A stretch of 58,949 bases of DNA from a virus (lineage: Duplodnaviria > Caudoviricetes). The notes beneath the pieces were generated by a model. It was given only the letters and a program-made list of their open reading frames with translations. It was not told the DNA's origin and made no database searches. Numbering within the stretch: position 1 is the stretch's first letter; the number at the start of each line of letters is the position of its first letter. The position numbers were made by a program, and so were the translations under genes. Location of the stretch: positions 1 through 58,949 of the IMG/VR virus record IMGVR_UViG_3300032086_003047; one strand, 5' to 3'. Positions 41,578 to 51,900 of this stretch are shown piece by piece.

Positions 41578-44544
41578 TTATTGATATTCTTCGTATTCTT
41601 CAGATATTTGATCCATTAATTCAATTGATCTATCAGAATCAGTTTCTCTACCTAATATTATAGAGCTTTCATCTTCTCTTATTAGTCTTCTATAATTGTA
41701 GATTTCATTCATTGCTATAGCATAATTGTCATATGGACCATATGTTTTTGATACAGCTTCAGTTGTTTCTCCGTCTTCATTTATTGATATACTTTTAAAA
41801 GTAAGATTAAATAAGCCATCATTATCTCTCTTAATTTCAAAAACTTCATTTGCTTCACCTCCTTCTATAACACTAGACATCTGTATTCTTTGAGGTTTAT
41901 CAGGACTTACTGACATAGTTTGCTTTAAGTTAGACATCTGACGATAAAATACAGGATCATCAAGTCTGGCTATCTCAAGACTGTTTTCATTTTGGAAGTT
42001 TACTTTTGCTTCTAGTAAGTTTAATCTTTCTCTATCAGTTTTTGCATCTTTGTAAGATTTTCTGAAATCTTTTTCATATTCAGCATTATCTTGAATTTTT
42101 CTAGAAATTAAATTATCAACATATGTTTGAGTCTTTATATTTTGTCCAGTTGAAATATTTACTGGTCCTGAATTAAAGTCATATTTTTGAGTTTTTCCAT
42201 CGGCATCAATATAACTTACATTAAAATCAATAGTGCCATCAAATCTTATATCTGAGTATACATCAGGGTTAAGAAGTCGTTTATTCCAATTTGTTTTATT
42301 AGAAGTGAGAGATACTATTTTTGAAGGATCTATACCTATGTTATTTGCTATTTGAGCCTTTAAGTTTTCTTCAGTTATTACTTCACCGTTTTTATCTCTA
42401 ACTACAGCATCAGTAAGTATGCTTTTTGGTGGAAACAATTTATTTAAATCTTCTTCTTCACCTGAGTATAATACTTCAGCATATTGTACATCTGTTCCAG
42501 TAACAACTGCATTAAATGTTTCTCGATATGTGTCAGTGAATTTTCCAACCCCACTAGCAGAATCTTCTGGTTTTTCTTCCCATTTAAGATCATCAACTTT
42601 ATCGTCTAATCTAATTTGTTTAGATACCGTGTTATATTCATCTGCCTTGCTTTGTAGATCTTCCCATGAAGTATTACCTTTTGCATCATATAGATTGCTA
42701 ATTACTTGCCTTGCTTGATTTATTGTCTCTTCACTGTATTTAGACTTATCTGCAAATACTCTGTCAAATGCGTTTAAAACCTGTTCTTTATTATCATATT
42801 GATTTAATGTATTGTTAGTTTTAAAGTCTGCAAGTATTGCATTTCGTGTCCATATTGAATTTTCTCCTGGACTATACTCTTCCCCTATAGTAACTATACC
42901 ATCTTCGTATTGATAATTGCTAGCATCTAAATATGCATTTAACTGATTAGCTTTAGTTAATACTTTACCTTCGCCTTTATAACTTTCTGCTAATTGTTCT
43001 TTAACAGAATTGCCAATCATTAGTTCAGTCATCATTTCAGACATTGGTCCAGTTGGAAGCCACCCTAAACCTTTTTCTATAATAGATATTGCATTAATTA
43101 CCCCATCATAAGTTACTCCACCTTCTGCCCCTAATGCTTCAACTACTTTGTTTCTCATCTGCTCACGTTGTTTTCCTGCAGGCATTCTTTCAATAGCTTT
43201 ATCAATTTCTGTTTTTATAACATCGAGTTCTTCAGTTGTATAAAGCTTATTTAGATCTGTATTTAGTTCGTTAGCATATTCTCCATTTTCTAAAGTTAGT
43301 TTGGAGTCTGTATGAACTTTATCCCATTCTTCTTTATTGCTAACTACTTTTTGTTGTACAGCAAATTCTTTTGTAGTTTGTCTTACTCTTGTATTAAGAT
43401 TATCTACTTGAGTTTTCATTTGAGTAATAGCATCACTTGCAACCTCTAATTCTCTTTGCTGTGCCTTTGTTCTTTCATCTACTGGAATTGCTTCTAACTC
43501 TTTTTTCTTTTCTTTTAAACTACGAAACTGTCTTTGAAGGTCTCTATTAGTTATTGATTTTTCAGCAGCTGAAACACCAACAGTTGCTGCTACATTAGTT
43601 CCTCCAGCGTCTCCAATTTTTACAAATGAGTCTTTACCTTTAGTACCATCGTCAGCATCTTCTACTTTTACTCCAACTCTTTGCAATCCTGTATTTCTAA
43701 AGATATCGTATACATATTGTTTTTTACCCAATAGATACTTATCGTATTCACTATACATAATTGGGTTTCCTTCCGCATCTTTAACTGCATTTCCGTTTTG
43801 ATCTAAACGTACTTCATTTTTTTCTCTACTTAGATTAGCAATACTTCCTGCCCATTGTTCTTGTTCAGCATCATATCTTTTCATTAGTTGCTGACCTGCA
43901 GCATCACCTAAAAACAGATTAAACATTCTTTGAGCTTCTCCATCTATTCTATCAACAGATATTCCCCATCCTTGAGGATCCTGTGTACTATTTTTTGCTA
44001 CATTTTCAAAAAACTTTTGAGTTCTATCAATTACATCTACTCCAGGACTAATATCACCTACACCTAAAAGTCTTACATCTCCTTTATATCCTTTTCCTTG
44101 AATGTATTCTTTTAGTCTTCTGTCTGCTTCATACCATACTTCAGGCATAGATTCTAAAGTCTTACCTTCTGCAATCCAGTCTTCCTTCATTTTTTGAAGC
44201 TCTTGTTGTTTGGCATATGCAGATTGTACTGCAGCAAGGTCTTTGTCTTTTTTAATTTCTCTTTCTAGTGCTGTAAACTCACGGGCAAATTCAGAAGATC
44301 CTATATCTCTACCTACAGAAGCATCTACAAAGTCATCTATTTTTTTCTTTACTGCTTGGGCTTTTTTTGTATCCTCACCCTGTAATGCGTTGAACTCTTT
44401 ATCGGATAATTGATCCATTGCCAATTGTGTAGCATCCCATTTAGCTTGCTTGGACTCTAATGCTTTTTGCATAAAGTCTAAGGGCATAGGAACATATTGA
44501 CTTTGGTATTGAGTTGCTCTAGGTTGATAATATAAATCTGCCAT
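41578..44544 (-). CDS. virion cargo / ejection protein (988 aa)
   Basis: N-terminal YQSQYVPMP motif, coiled coils, Cys-free, located in the cargo block. Confidence 0.6.
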   Translation of the reverse strand: MADLYYQPRATQYQSQYVPMPLDFMQKALESKQAKWDATQLAMDQLSDKEFNALQGEDTKKAQAVKKKIDDFVDASVGRDIGSSEFAREFTALEREIKKDKDLAAVQSAYAKQQELQKMKEDWIAEGKTLESMPEVWYEADRRLKEYIQGKGYKGDVRLLGVGDISPGVDVIDRTQKFFENVAKNSTQDPQGWGISVDRIDGEAQRMFNLFLGDAAGQQLMKRYDAEQEQWAGSIANLSREKNEVRLDQNGNAVKDAEGNPIMYSEYDKYLLGKKQYVYDIFRNTGLQRVGVKVEDADDGTKGKDSFVKIGDAGGTNVAATVGVSAAEKSITNRDLQRQFRSLKEKKKELEAIPVDERTKAQQRELEVASDAITQMKTQVDNLNTRVRQTTKEFAVQQKVVSNKEEWDKVHTDSKLTLENGEYANELNTDLNKLYTTEELDVIKTEIDKAIERMPAGKQREQMRNKVVEALGAEGGVTYDGVINAISIIEKGLGWLPTGPMSEMMTELMIGNSVKEQLAESYKGEGKVLTKANQLNAYLDASNYQYEDGIVTIGEEYSPGENSIWTRNAILADFKTNNTLNQYDNKEQVLNAFDRVFADKSKYSEETINQARQVISNLYDAKGNTSWEDLQSKADEYNTVSKQIRLDDKVDDLKWEEKPEDSASGVGKFTDTYRETFNAVVTGTDVQYAEVLYSGEEEDLNKLFPPKSILTDAVVRDKNGEVITEENLKAQIANNIGIDPSKIVSLTSNKTNWNKRLLNPDVYSDIRFDGTIDFNVSYIDADGKTQKYDFNSGPVNISTGQNIKTQTYVDNLISRKIQDNAEYEKDFRKSYKDAKTDRERLNLLEAKVNFQNENSLEIARLDDPVFYRQMSNLKQTMSVSPDKPQRIQMSSVIEGGEANEVFEIKRDNDGLFNLTFKSISINEDGETTEAVSKTYGPYDNYAIAMNEIYNYRRLIREDESSIILGRETDSDRSIELMDQISEEYEEYQ

Positions 44545-44553
44545 GACTAGTTG

Positions 44554-46227
44554 TTAAATTTTTGGAACAATTGTTATGCTTCCGTCAGCATTTCTTTTGA
44601 ATGTATAGTTTTCAGTACCTAGCATGTTTGCAATCTGAGCTTCCATTGCCATGGTTTTCTTATCTCTTCTCATGCCAGCATATGTACCACCTAAATTTGT
44701 AAGATGTGTACTAATTGCCATTTGTCGCATATCTTCTGCTTGACGATCCATTTCTTGAGCTCTTAGGTTGTATCGTTCAGCTTCTGCTTCTGATGTAGCA
44801 TTTGCCGCATCTATTCTGAATTTCTGTGCTGCTTTTTCATTTGCTATTGCAGTTCTCATTGCAGTGCTTGATGCAATCTGTGCAGATAGTGAAGCATTAG
44901 GATTAGCTCTGGATAGTGCTCTTGTAGCAAGATCTCCTTGTGCGATTGCTTTATCGTATATAGTAGGATCAAATTCTAAAGTTCTTGCAGTAACTGTACC
45001 TCTTGGAGCAGGTTTTTTCATAGCGTATGCTAATCCAGATATATCACCTGCTGATTGAGCCAAACCTCCCATTATATCACCAGCACTTAGTTTTCCTTCG
45101 AATGTATCTCCTTCAGGATCTGTAGGGTCTTTAGGTTCCAGCCCTTCTTCTTCTGTTTTTTCTGCGTCTTGATAAGCTTTAAGAAAATCAAGTTCTTCTT
45201 GAGTAGTAAAATTATTTGCATTTAGAAAATAGTTATCTTCAAGATTAGCATCAAGAGAATAATCTTCTTCATTTATTGGACCATATGGTTGAAACGTTCT
45301 AGGTACATATCCATATGGTGCTGGGATGTCTGGTGCATTAAGTTCTATATCAAATTCTCCACCATTATAGTATCTCTTCCTCATGTCTCCACCATATTTC
45401 ATTTCATTCATGTCTCCACCGTATCCCCAAGTAGCCCTAGCATATGCTCTGAAATGAGGATTATTTTTTAGGTTTTGTGCATGCCTTGAATAAAATGCAT
45501 CTTTAGCATCTTTGTCTTTAGGTTTGTTTTTTAAATTAGGATCACCAAAATATTTTACTGTACCATCAGGTCCAGTTACTTTATGAGTTTTACCTTTTCG
45601 TTCATTTGATTTTGTAACTACATAACCTCCTTTTCCATACATGTATCCTCCATCCATGTAACTATTTACATACTCATCAGCAGCTTCTTTAGACATATGA
45701 GATTCTGCTCTAGCTCTTAAAACTTCTTTTGGTATCTTACCTCCATACGCATACATATCTCCACCATACCCCATACTAGAATTATCCATCATTCCTCCAT
45801 ATGCGTTTTTAGATCTTTCTAACGCTTCATCTGTAGGAGCACCTTTACTACCAGGACTTCTCATTGTCTCTCCTGAACCAGCTGCTATTCTTTTTCTTTT
45901 TGCGTGTATGTTTGCCCACAATCCTCCGTTTTTATATTCTGTAGTATCACCGTGGTACGCACCAGGCATCATAGAACCATCTGGCATTTGATGCATTGGC
46001 ATTTGATCTCCCATCATTTCAGGAGCTTGTGGCTCATTATATCCTAAAGAATTTAATGTGTCCATTGCATCTCTAGCCATTTGTTCACGTTCCATTTCTT
46101 GCTGTTCTTTTAAAGCTTGTAGCTCTCTATTCATAGCTGTTTTAGAAGCATTGTCATCTGGACGATTCCCATACTTTTTGATTATTGCTTTTGCTTGATC
46201 TGCAAACGATGTAACTCTTTTAGCCAT
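44554..46227 (-). CDS. cargo protein with xxGG-delimited modules (557 aa)
   Basis: Nine hydrophobic/aromatic-x-x-GG-type motifs; Ala/Gln-rich C-terminus; Cys-free. Confidence 0.65.
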   Translation of the reverse strand: MAKRVTSFADQAKAIIKKYGNRPDDNASKTAMNRELQALKEQQEMEREQMARDAMDTLNSLGYNEPQAPEMMGDQMPMHQMPDGSMMPGAYHGDTTEYKNGGLWANIHAKRKRIAAGSGETMRSPGSKGAPTDEALERSKNAYGGMMDNSSMGYGGDMYAYGGKIPKEVLRARAESHMSKEAADEYVNSYMDGGYMYGKGGYVVTKSNERKGKTHKVTGPDGTVKYFGDPNLKNKPKDKDAKDAFYSRHAQNLKNNPHFRAYARATWGYGGDMNEMKYGGDMRKRYYNGGEFDIELNAPDIPAPYGYVPRTFQPYGPINEEDYSLDANLEDNYFLNANNFTTQEELDFLKAYQDAEKTEEEGLEPKDPTDPEGDTFEGKLSAGDIMGGLAQSAGDISGLAYAMKKPAPRGTVTARTLEFDPTIYDKAIAQGDLATRALSRANPNASLSAQIASSTAMRTAIANEKAAQKFRIDAANATSEAEAERYNLRAQEMDRQAEDMRQMAISTHLTNLGGTYAGMRRDKKTMAMEAQIANMLGTENYTFKRNADGSITIVPKI

Positions 46228-46229
46228 AA

Positions 46230-48935
46230 TTACTTCTTTTTAGAATTTATGTAAGGTATTCTATCTGAGAATATGTAAGATTCGCCATCGGGTGTATCCC
46301 ATCTTATTTCACCATCCTCTACTTCATTGTTTGTATCTCCTAGTGGAATTCCGCCCGTTTCATGTCTATTGCCATTGTACTCTGTTAAGTCTCCTCCTGC
46401 TTGATACATTTTATCCATTTTACCACCATAGGCAAAACCAGAACTATATCGTCCACCTTCAGCTTCAATTTTTCTTGTTTTTGTAAACATGTCGCCTAAC
46501 GGATTAATGAATTTTCTTTCACCTGTAGTTAGATTTGTTCGAGTAGATCTTCCTGCATTTCTTTGAGGATTGTATACTCTTTCCATGTATCCTTGTAAAT
46601 ATTCTGGATCATAGTTTACATGTGACTGTACCCCAGGTGTATTTACTGGTAAAGGTTGAGGAGCCATCATTGGCATTTGTTTTAATGGATCTCCATAGTA
46701 ATCCATATCTCCACCATAAGCCATTTGAATGTTGGGTATAATACCCGTGCTTTCTGATTCTGGAATATACATTTCAGGTGCAGGAGGTGTTTTTCGAGGA
46801 GTAATCATAACTGGAGGTAACTCTTGAGTTTGAAATCCAGGATACTTAGACATATCAACGTATTTTCTTTTTTCTTTATACGCATCAAATTCTGATTCAA
46901 TCTGAGATAATTTCTCTGGATTTATATCAGGTGATAGTTCTTTGTATTTTTTCTTGAATTCAAAATGATGATGAGGTGCAGTTCCTTTACTTCCTACTTT
47001 CTTTCTTTTTGCTGCAGATGTTTCATCTAAGTACTTTACACCAAAATCACTCATCCATTTTTTACCTTGATCAGTATTTACCCAATCTATAAATCCTTTA
47101 CTATCTTCTTTAGCAGATACGTCAAAAGCTTTACCTACATTATGCTTAGATCCTTTTTTGTATACTTTATCTTTTTTTCCTCTAAGCATTGAAGTTAATA
47201 CAGCTGGATCTCCCTGATAACCATAATCTCCAATTGAACTTAAAGCCGTAAATGCTTCTTTTCCTAAGTAAGGTTTACTTACACCTCTAAGCTTCATGCC
47301 TAATATGAAATCTCTGATTCGTCCTGGATTTTCATTCATAGGTCCACCATTTGCATATAGATTGCCTCCATATGCACCATAGTTAAATTGTGTTGTATCT
47401 GTAGGCATTGGTATATCTTTTCCTTTGTCTTTGTATAATCCATAGAAGTCATCTCCTGCACCTGCCCATCCTAAAGCAAGATTGCTTGCTAGACCCATAG
47501 CTTTGTCACCTGCTGTTTTTCTTGGATCTGAAACTACTTCCATTTTCCCTGCCATTGGATCAGCTATATACGATAAAGCGTCACCAGCTGGTCCTCCCAT
47601 TTGTTCTCCTGCTTTTTTAGCTCCTTTTCCAATAGCAGCAAATCCTTGTACAGCTTGACCCCAACCAGGAATTGCTCCCATTGCACTAACTACTGCATCT
47701 TTACCTGCTTCATACTGACTCATTGTTTTTCGTTGTTCTTCAGTAAGATCAGTTCTTTGTTGTTCAGGTAGTGCACTTGACGCTATATTTGCAGCCATCG
47801 CACCATATCCTAATGCATCGCTTCCTGACATTTTATTTTCGTCTGTGTTACCATAATCGTCAGCATAATAACTCATATCAAGTTCTGGTGCTTCACCATA
47901 ATTTGTGGCAAGTGTACCAGTTGGTGTTTGATAATAATTTGTAGGAATAGCAGTTAGTTCGCCACCGTATGCATTCCACTTAGATGCATTGCGTGCAAAG
48001 TTTGCTTGTTTTCTTGTAGCAGGTGAATAAGTTCCTTCTTTAGCACTAAGAACTTTAGATGCAAATTCTTGAACTCCCATTCCTGCCGCATTAGCTTTAG
48101 CTGTAAACTTACCACGATTCTCAGGCTTAATACGTATCTTTCCACCATATGCAAATGGTGATTGATCCATTAGTACTTTATCAGCCCATTGTTGTTTTGG
48201 TGCAGTCATTTCATCTACTGTTGTTGCACCTTGAACTTCTTCAGCTGCTTCAATATCATATCTTTCAGGATCTCCAGCAACTGCACCTCTTTGTTCTGCA
48301 ACACCTTGTTCCCAAGGAATAGTAATCCTACCTTCATCAAAAGCTTTCTTATATGCATCATATGCTATTTGACCGCTTTGTCTGTAATCAAACATGCCAG
48401 GTCTTCCAGGTACTGGAAATTGCATTTCGAATGTTCTTCTACCTGTTCGATCTATATCTACTTTTTCAGGTGACCATTCAAAGCTACCATATCTTGTTGA
48501 TGCATGCTGTGGACCTAATAATTGTTGTCTTAGTGGCGTACTCAAACCTTCTTTAGCTCCTGCTAATCCTATTTGAAAATCATTAAGGTTTTTTGTTAGT
48601 GGTGCAACATTTTCACTCATCCATTCTAAAGACGTGTAGTAATCTTCAGGATCATATCCTTCTCTTTCAGCAAAGCTTGCAAATTCTTCAGGTGTTAGTT
48701 CTGTGTCTCTTTTTCCTACCTGATAATACGGAAGCCCTGTGTTTTCAATACCTGCCTGCTCATACAATCCCAAGTTCTGTATTTCTTGCCCTCTTTTGAT
48801 TATATCCATTCTTCTTTGATATTCATCATAATCAAAGTCTTCTGGTGCTGCTATTTGAGCAGTTCTATAATCAGTTATACTATCTGGTTGATAAGCACTT
48901 AAGGAGAGTATTCTATATTTATCGTTCTCAGGCAT
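46230..48935 (-). CDS. cargo protein with AYGG repeats and embedded M15-like peptidase (901 aa)
   Basis: AYGG repeats; Gly/Ala-rich membrane-like helices; SKHNVGKAFD...PHHH; C-terminal HETGG...EVEDGE...IFSDR. Confidence 0.65.
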   Translation of the reverse strand: MPENDKYRILSLSAYQPDSITDYRTAQIAAPEDFDYDEYQRRMDIIKRGQEIQNLGLYEQAGIENTGLPYYQVGKRDTELTPEEFASFAEREGYDPEDYYTSLEWMSENVAPLTKNLNDFQIGLAGAKEGLSTPLRQQLLGPQHASTRYGSFEWSPEKVDIDRTGRRTFEMQFPVPGRPGMFDYRQSGQIAYDAYKKAFDEGRITIPWEQGVAEQRGAVAGDPERYDIEAAEEVQGATTVDEMTAPKQQWADKVLMDQSPFAYGGKIRIKPENRGKFTAKANAAGMGVQEFASKVLSAKEGTYSPATRKQANFARNASKWNAYGGELTAIPTNYYQTPTGTLATNYGEAPELDMSYYADDYGNTDENKMSGSDALGYGAMAANIASSALPEQQRTDLTEEQRKTMSQYEAGKDAVVSAMGAIPGWGQAVQGFAAIGKGAKKAGEQMGGPAGDALSYIADPMAGKMEVVSDPRKTAGDKAMGLASNLALGWAGAGDDFYGLYKDKGKDIPMPTDTTQFNYGAYGGNLYANGGPMNENPGRIRDFILGMKLRGVSKPYLGKEAFTALSSIGDYGYQGDPAVLTSMLRGKKDKVYKKGSKHNVGKAFDVSAKEDSKGFIDWVNTDQGKKWMSDFGVKYLDETSAAKRKKVGSKGTAPHHHFEFKKKYKELSPDINPEKLSQIESEFDAYKEKRKYVDMSKYPGFQTQELPPVMITPRKTPPAPEMYIPESESTGIIPNIQMAYGGDMDYYGDPLKQMPMMAPQPLPVNTPGVQSHVNYDPEYLQGYMERVYNPQRNAGRSTRTNLTTGERKFINPLGDMFTKTRKIEAEGGRYSSGFAYGGKMDKMYQAGGDLTEYNGNRHETGGIPLGDTNNEVEDGEIRWDTPDGESYIFSDRIPYINSKKK

Positions 48936-48994
48936 GGCTATAATTTTATAAAAATAATTGATAATCTAACATCGTTCAAATAATTTATCTAACG

Positions 48995-51900
48995 TTACAT
49001 ATTAGCTGGTCTAAAACTTACTTCAATATCGTGTAATACGAGTCTTCTATTATTCGCATTATTCTCAAACTCAAGCTCTAAGAATATGTACGAATCTCTC
49101 ATTCTTGGCTTTGGAGATGCAGCTGGGTCTGTTGCATCTCTAGGTATAGTTGATCTGTACTTACGCATTCTTCGTATTACATTTGTTCCAAGCGTAAGTG
49201 GTATTATTCCAGTATCTTGATAGTCATTGTAGAATCGCATTTGTTTTAATGCTTCATTTGGTGCATCAATGTCATCTATTGATATCTCTGCATTGTACTC
49301 TATGTTATCGAATACTTTGATAATGTCAGCTCCAGGTGCAAGTATTAAAGTTATTTTCGAGTTGTAATAGTCATTATAGAACTTTCCATAATCATCTACA
49401 TCGTGTTCAAATACTTCACCGTCGTTTGTGAATGAGTTTACAGATAATAATCTCCTGCCCGTGTGCAGGTAGATATTTGGTTTGTAATCATGAAAGGATT
49501 CAAATGCATTCATCATTTCATTGTACGATAGAGTAAATCCATTTAGGAATGTATTGTTTCCAAATTTATCTACAATAGGTTGGAGATTAGGATCAGTTGA
49601 TGGAACTAATGGAGGATCTGGAGCAGTAAATGCTGTAGTTACTCTGTAGTATATTCCACCAAAGAATATGATATCTCCTACTTCATATGTTTTATTGGCT
49701 ATGGTTGAATCATAGATTTTATAGTTCAGGAATGTCATTAGCACTCTATTGTGCCTTCTATCGTACATTCCATGTACGCCTAGATTCTTAAGTGTAACAT
49801 CATTCTCTTCAAGACTCCCGTCTATTTTACCAAAGAATGCAGATAGTCCTTTTATGTCACTTATTGGTTGCATTCCTTCAGAAAGTCTGAACATTTTCTT
49901 TAATCTATCATCGTAGTGGTAAATACTTCCGCCAGATGTAACTACTGAATGTTGATGTATACTTCCAGTCTCCGTAGTCATGTAGCTGTAATCACTTATT
50001 ACTTCACCTGTACCCAATACGATTTCTACTCCTGATTCGGATACCTGAGTTACACGATCGTTTATTGCAGCAACACCTACAGCTGAATCCTGGTAGAAGA
50101 AAACATTACTTCTTAGGTTGACTATTTTATTGATTTGACCATGAATTCCTTCTACAGGTAGTTCATTTAACGGCAAGAATATTTTCCAGTTATCTATTAG
50201 CTCACCATCTACTTTTGCGTTAGATACCTTAATAGTAAATCTTTGTTCTTCTGAAAGATTGACTAATGCGTCTTTTGCAAAGAATTGAGTCTTTACGTTA
50301 TTTTCTTGATTGTAAGCATAGAGTATCTTATAATCTTCAAATTGATATGCTCCCATATCAGGCGTAACATTATCTCTATCTGTAGAAAAATGCTTCCCAA
50401 ATCGTAATTCAGTATTGATGCTACTTTCACACGGATACATAAGACCAACTGCAAGTTTTGAATTAGCAGGACCATCATATGGATTTACTTGACTCCAGTA
50501 TTGAGTTATGTATTCTTCATCGTAATAGGTTACGAACATGTCTCCACCAAATACTTTGAAGGTAAAATTAGAACCAAGGCTTGATACTTCAGCTGTTGCT
50601 TGGAAATGACCTGTAGATATGTATACAGATTTACTTCTATCTATGTACGCATCCCCACCATATTGCTTTAGTAGAAATCTGTTATAAGATGCTTCTTTAA
50701 ACTTTAGAAAGTTATCACTTCTTCCTGCAGTAGTACCACCTGTTAGATTAAGAAATTCTTGTTTTCCGTCAATTGGAAGACTTGCTCCAGCTGTATCATA
50801 GAACATTCCTGATACAGAACCTGTTGGATATTGTGCAGCATCCCACCAATTATCAGGAATAAGACCTGTACTACTACCATCAGTATTCAATACTAATAAT
50901 TGTTTAGTGTTACCCATCCCCAAAGGAACATTAGTTCCAGAACCAGATTTTCTTGAATATGATGCATTGATCAGAAAGTTCTGACCATTTACTCTACCTC
51001 CAGCATTATCAAATGCGGGATTAGTTGTTCCAATTGATTGAGCTGCAGTCATTTGTATTTCTGCGTCAATTAAGAATTTTTGATAACCGTCTGGATTATT
51101 TGTTGGATATACAGCACTATTTATTAATGTAGCTGGGGCATATTCTCTCATCTTATACCATGCTCCCATACTTTTATTACCAAAATCATCATAGAATACT
51201 TCTGCGTATCCATTATAATAACCCGTAGTTTGTATGTAATCTCTTCTTCTAAATTTATAGTTTGAAGCTAATCTAAATGGACCAAGTGGAGAACAGAATG
51301 TAGCAAGTGATCTACTATGACTGTCATCGCTTAAAGGTGTTCCTGCTGAATGCCAATCTGTAAATCCAGGTCTATCCATTAATGTAATACAAGGTTCACC
51401 ACTACCGTCTATATCAATATTGGTTGATTTAACATCTTGACTGTATTGTGCATTAAATACACTTGTTAATGAATTACCATTGTCTTCATGATTAAAATGC
51501 ATTACCAATCCAGTACCCAATCTTGTTTTATCTTCCTCTTCTCTTTGAACTCGTACAATAGAGAACCCAGATATCTTATCAGCAATGCTTGATATGTCTA
51601 CTGAAAACTCTATCCCTAATGAAAATAGATTAGATACTCCCGAATTAAAGTTTATAAGCTTATAAGTATTTGTTATCCCTGATGTAGCATCATCTGTAGT
51701 ATCAAATATTTCAGGGAACTTAATATCACCTATCCATTTTACAAAGCTTGGATTACCTTTGAGATCATAGAACGTAATTCCAAATCTATATACTTCACCA
51801 CGAGCGTATCCTCTTAAGACTCCATTTATTTTTGCAGAAGCCATGTTTTTAATTTCTCCCCCTCTTGGATACTCTACATTACTTCCATCTAAGTTTTTAT

